Shown: piece by piece, positions 58,258 through 64,000 of the stretch
Layout of the letters: the number at the start of each line of letters is the position of its first letter
How positions within the stretch are numbered: the first letter of the stretch is position 1
Assembly: GCA_964016885.1 (NCBI GenBank)
Contig: OZ024740.1
Coordinates: 335,234,001 to 335,298,000 of the forward strand
Direction of reading: 5' to 3'
DNA from: Eledone cirrhosa
Lineage: Eukaryota
Length of the DNA: 64,000 bases
Notes under the pieces: model-generated
Seen by the model: only the letters and a program-made list of their open reading frames with translations
Told to the model about the DNA's origin: nothing
The model's database searches: none
Program-made: the position numbers and the translations under genes

Positions 58258-58530
58258 TCCTTTGTCAGTGTTGAACAAATGAGCAACGATGGTTGCTAGA
58301 CACTGTACGGCTTAATTCGGGATGTTTGTTTACAAACACACCGAGCATTATAATAAATGTTCGGTGAATCCATACGTACATATATATATATATGTGTGCA
58401 TGTATGTATATATATATATACATACTACTTACTGTACGTCTGTATACATATATGTATGTACGTATGCATACTTATATTTAAATAACAGCCGTACTAAGAG
58501 TGAGAAATGAAATTTCGTTTCATTTTTTCC

Positions 58531-58632
<102 letters not shown>

Positions 58633-59269
58633 TTATATGTATATATATATACTTATATATATGAGATAGATAGATAGATAGATACAAATCTACATATATA
58701 CAGATACATGATAAATTTATCGTTCCCTTCAGCTGTCTGCCGCACTATTTGATGTGTGTATGTGTGTTTTTGTTTACATGGCACACATTGTACGTTGCCA
58801 AAATTTATTCACCACGGCGACCTTTCAACACAAATGCTAGGAATATTAATGTATCATAAAAGTAAATTGCCGATGAAGTGTTTTGGAATATTAATGACCT
58901 TCAGTGGCAGAATTCAAACCGTAAGTCAAATAATGACTAAAGTTTGATAAGTTTGAATATAAAAAGAAATGGTGCTGACAGTAAAAATTTGTTGTGGATA
59001 AAATAAAACGAGTTTTCGTTTTTTACTGAAATCAAAGGCACTTCTTATATATAGAAATCATTGTCTAGTTCTCTAACAAGGTTTTATATGTCAACTATTT
59101 AGGTGAACGTAGCAGGGATGGATGTAGCTTTCAAGCTTGAAAATTGATTATAAACGTCTCTTAAATATTTTCTAACGAGAAATGAATACATCATTGTATA
59201 ATCTTGTCGAAGCACTTTCTACTTTAATATATGCATTGATACTAATTTATGTCGACATTAATTGCTATG

Positions 59270-59445
59270 TTAGACACAACACTAGTAATTTGGTGAAAGG
59301 AAAATTCGATTTTATCGATTTAGTATTTAATTGGTAATATATTTTATCAACCCCGGAAGTATGAAAGGCAAAGTTGATCTTGGCCTGATTTGAATTCCGA
59401 GCCCTGAATTACTGTAAAGCATTTCATCTCTGCTCTAAATTCTAT
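59270..59445 (-). mobile_element. Old diverged SINE (family A-related)
   Basis: ttttatcaaccccggaagtatgaaaggcaaagttga..gatttgaa. Confidence 0.6.
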
Positions 59446-60049
59446 GATTCCACCCCCCTTGAAAAATTTAGGTAAATTATCCGAGGAATCGGAAAGACTT
59501 AGAGAGAAACGTCGGTGAGATATCGAAACTGCACTTTCGGATGATGCATCAACTATTACAATAAGGGAGCCACTGGCCACCAATTGATAGCATTTAGCTT
59601 TTAAACAAGTAGTGAAATGTGTGAATATCCAGTTGCTTTAAGAAACATAACACATTTGAAATCTGAAATGAAGTCGACTACTCTAAAAAAATACTTTTGA
59701 AATTGGATAAAAAATCTTCTAAAACACTATAATTCAGGGACAGAGACTTCTAAATGTTAATGCACTCAACTTGCATCAAGAAATGCGGGTAAATCAGTTC
59801 TTTCCTTTCTATCTCCAGGAGTACTCTACTCGATTTGCTTAACTATTATTCATATAGATCAACTAACGTTATAATCCTTTTCATTGCAAAGACTACGTTT
59901 CAGATTTCAAATTTTTCTAATGCTTCTTAAGTCAACTGAATTTTCCTGCTTGTAATATGAATATATACTTTTAACAAATTACTATGAATACATTATATTT
60001 CAGCCCGACAAGATTAAGTTTCTCTCGCAATATATGTACCAGAATGTAT

Positions 60050-60265
60050 GGTGGATCGGCAGGATTGTTAGGACATTATATAAAATTCCATTGCGGGATT
60101 TGTTTTTTGCTCTTTACATTCTGTGTTCAAATACCGCTGAGGTGAAAGCTGCTTTTCATCATTCTGACCTCGATAAAATATAGTACTATTTCAGCATTGT
60201 GGTTGATTGAACCAACTTTGCCCTTTCTCCAAATTTGCTGGATTTATGCCTAAATTAGAAATCAA
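60050..60265 (+). mobile_element. Old diverged SINE (family A-related)
   Basis: gttcaaataccgctgagg..cttttcatc..tcgataaaata..gcctaaattagaaa. Confidence 0.6.
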
Positions 60266-62063
60266 TATATCTAGTAGTGAAATAAAGGTCAGAGCTCAGA
60301 TATTTATTCTGAGATGGCGGGATCAAATCAATTTTTTTTCTTTTTTCGTTGTTCCCTTCAATGACCACGCCGTAAAGGTTAATGTTTGAAATCATGCAGA
60401 TGTCAAACATTATTCAGAGCTTTATGTCATCCAATCATTTTATTTGGGAACTACAGAAAAGTTGTAACAAATATATCAATACTTACCTGTTCAATAAATA
60501 AAAATCATGTAGAGGTTGCCGAAGGTGCAGTTATGAAAGCGAATAAAGAATCTTGTGGTTTGGATGCTTACCTGAAAGAGATAAAAATACAACATATTGA
60601 AACTAGTGAAACTATCTTACATTTATTTGCTTGTACATGTGCTTTTATTTTTTGTGTGCATTTTTGAGTACTAATGACAATCTAATACATCTATATAAGC
60701 GTGTAGGAAATATATTAATCGTATGTTGTGGTGACTTAGTTGAACATATTACGTCTTTTATCTGAAATGAAAGTACGTCGTAGAGCTGAAAACTATGATA
60801 TTGGGTAGTCAGTTGAGAAGAAGGTAAATCATAACCTATCAAGGATATTTTATTGATTCTGCGACCAATACATTTAAAATGGCCCTTTAGTCTACTTTAC
60901 TTTAAATAAAATCATCCTTGATAATTCATTGTTTGTAACAAAGTTGGGGAATACTTTGTTAAAATGTAGTACTGAGATAAATGTCTCATGTATCAGCGCT
61001 CAGAATTATGTTATTATAGGCCCATGATTGCTAGCCCATTAATGGATAGTTCTAATCATGAATGATCAAAGTGAGATTAAATATTCTGACGGCAAAAATA
61101 TGGATTAAACTGCAATATTATCTAATTGTGTTTGATTATTAGTGAGAAGATGAGGACGCGCCCATCTTATTAGGTTGAACTAAAACTCCATTGAGAGTAA
61201 AGCGATTGATATTCAGTTTAAACAACAATACGTCGGGGGTTACTTACTGAAAATATTTTCTAGACTTCAACATTTAACCCTTTAATGCTGGTTTCATTTA
61301 AATTTCATCGATGGAATTGTGTTGTTTAGAAACCAAACCCTCATTTATAGGAATTGTTTATATAATATTTTACAAAATTGGCATACATATAAAAATATGT
61401 GTGCTTATTTTTAAGTGGAATAATGTAATAGCATAATAGAAATGTTATAGTTGCACATATACGCAAATAACACACACACCATACACGTACAGGCGTAAAT
61501 ATATACGTTAATCTGTGTGCATATGTATGTATTTGTGATTAATTATGTTTCATGAGCATTAACAAAATGCTAATACACAATCATACTACATGCTGTAACA
61601 CACACTAGCCTACACTCGCATACATTTGTGTATGTATGTGTATACATGCAAGCATAAAACAGATATATCATACATACTTTTGTGTTTGTTATTGTGGTTC
61701 ATGTTCCATATTATTTTTTAGACAAATAATTTTCAAACAATGGTGTTGTGTTTATTTTGACAATGGCGCCATCTACAGACATTTAATAGTAAATACGGGT
61801 GATGTTAGAGCTAAACTAATTTAGACTTGATACAGATCGAACAAAAATTTGATTTATTGGTTCATGTCTTTACGTTTTATTTCAATTTTCTATTTTGTTG
61901 TGAGTTCAGCCAAATGCCAGTAGAAAACGAGAGCAAAAGCCGAATGTAATGCATTAATCAATGGAAGTACTGTTATGAACCACATGTTCATCTTCCAGGG
62001 TCATCGATAACAAACATTCATCTTTTCACTTTAAATCATAATCGAGTCAGACGGTGCTGCTAA

Positions 62064-62289
62064 ACCTACGCCAGTCACATACGATCGTGGATGACTTGAT
62101 AGCGTGTACAAAGCTTTCGCTGTTTTTTCAGTGCCTCACCCTCGTACACACGGCTGGTATGTTCTTTATCTAGCACGAAACGATTAAAAGTAAAGTAGAT
62201 ATCGGAGGATTGTGAACGCAGAGCGCACCCAGCCAGAGCAACGCATCCTAGGCCACGATCTAACAATTCTACCAATTTGACCAGCATAA
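62064..62289 (-). mobile_element. SINE-like insertion with a 15-bp target-site duplication
   Basis: agacggtgctgctaa at 62049-62063 and 62290-62304; weak similarity to the family A head and centre. Confidence 0.6.
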
Positions 62290-64000
62290 AGACGGTGCTG
62301 CTAATAAGTGTACGTGATTTGTACTGTATTGTAACAGGACCTTATTGATTTAAAAGAAGTTAGCGTTTTAGTTGACTAAAAAAATACTAATATTAGTGAC
62401 ACAACATTAAACCGAAACCTTTTAAAAACCATTTGAAATATGTTACATTCTTTTATTTCTAATTAATATCTTACTGTAAGGAATACGTGCAGTGACATGA
62501 CAATGGTCAGCGTCTCAGATATGCGTTGGGGGAAGAGAAGAGGTTATACGCAAACAGGAGGCATGGTACTAATACTTTCCATAAAGTTGACTCTGCTAAG
62601 GGCAACCTGGTTCATGTGATGGTCATAAACCGGTGAGCTTTACTGTTAGATTCGAATTCTCTTGGTAATTTAAGGTTATTTGCTTTTCATATATGTACCA
62701 ATCTGATCTAGACCCTGATATAAACTCTCAGCTAACCTTTTTCAGTACCATAGATCGATTACTGATGGAACCTGTTTCATTTCGCACATAATATCAATAT
62801 TTCTCTATTACATTTAAAATATCTAGACATTTGCATAACCATTTATTTGCTTTGCATTTTCTTTCGTTCCATACATTCCTTTGCTTGTAAGTATTTAATG
62901 TAGATCTTACTATATGAATCGAGTATAGCATGGGCTTGAATTGACAATAGCTTAAATATTCAAAGTTGTATGTTGAAACAAACAGTTATTCAATATAATT
63001 TGTTTTGTTTTTTTGTTTTTTTTTTGTTTTTTAGATCTGACATGTTCTAACTATACAAATGATATATAGTTATATTCAAATGCTAAAAAAGAACTACGAT
63101 ATCAAATCCTAATTAATTTAGCCTCAGTAAGAAATTAATGAGGGTTTTTTTATTATTATTTTTTATTATTATTTACTATTTAGCATTATTGATGTACAAG
63201 CATGGTTGTTTCGTTAAGAACTTGGGTCCCCTACTACGTAGTTCGGATTTGTTCCTACTCTACGGTACCTTGATCAAGTGTCATCTACCGCAATGTAATT
63301 AGTTTTTATAGGTCATCGCAATATTAATTGAAATCAAATGCAGACATGATATTTTACTGATTTTTATAAATATATAGAGTACTTTATAATTTCTTTCAAA
63401 ACAAGACTTTTAAATGTCTTGTATTGCTTTTAGGTAAACACATTTTATATTTAAAGCATAGAAAGATACATTATGAATTCCTTTCATTTCGACGTTTATG
63501 CAATGCTATATCAGATACTGTATAAAAGGAAAATGAGACTAAGAGTGATAGAATTCTAGAACGTATAAATTGCACCACATATACAATCTCAGCTACGATA
63601 ATTTGAAGTTGAAAATGATGAACCGTTTAAAAAGCTATTAGATTTCGAAGATGATATCCCAGAGCGAAAATCAGTAAAAATGTGGCTTATTGTAACAAAA
63701 CTAGAAGAGGATTAAGAACATGACATGATATTTGGTTACAGACCTTCATTAAATGTAGTTTAGCTATAATATTTCAGAAAAAATCACCAAATGTTGTTTA
63801 CCCTCTCTAATTCGATGTAGAATTTGCTTCCGACTTTTTGGAATTGAGAATATTTTGAAATTGCTGACATTCATCGGTTGGATAGATTCAGATATTGTAA
63901 CTATGACTCTGTTTTCGATATAGCATTCGGACAATTCTAGCTGTATTTTCAAGAAGGTATCGCTTGATACAATATTTCGAATGCATTCTAAGTATCAACT

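Overview
AT-rich, microsatellite-dense eukaryotic DNA. The SINE and LINE content suggests a cephalopod/octopus-like genome (inference). No host gene is recognisable, and nearly all short ORFs are microsatellite artefacts. The window is a retroelement landscape: one 5'-truncated but uninterrupted Penelope-like element (PLE) ORF (RT + GIY-YIG, Naiad-type motifs), several decayed PLE remnants, two RTE LINEs with a PHD-like finger, R4/Dong-like LINEs in (TAA)n, Tx1-like and CRE-like fragments, and many tRNA-type SINEs. The main unannotated signal is a dense set of type I hammerhead ribozyme (HHR) motifs, about 20 intact, partial or decayed, read by eye. Most sit at the ends of PLE-derived elements embedded in (TA)n and are often folded back into long palindromes. 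Several have an unusually long stem II (about 35-140 nt) together with a minimal palindromic stem III. All folds are by eye and untested.
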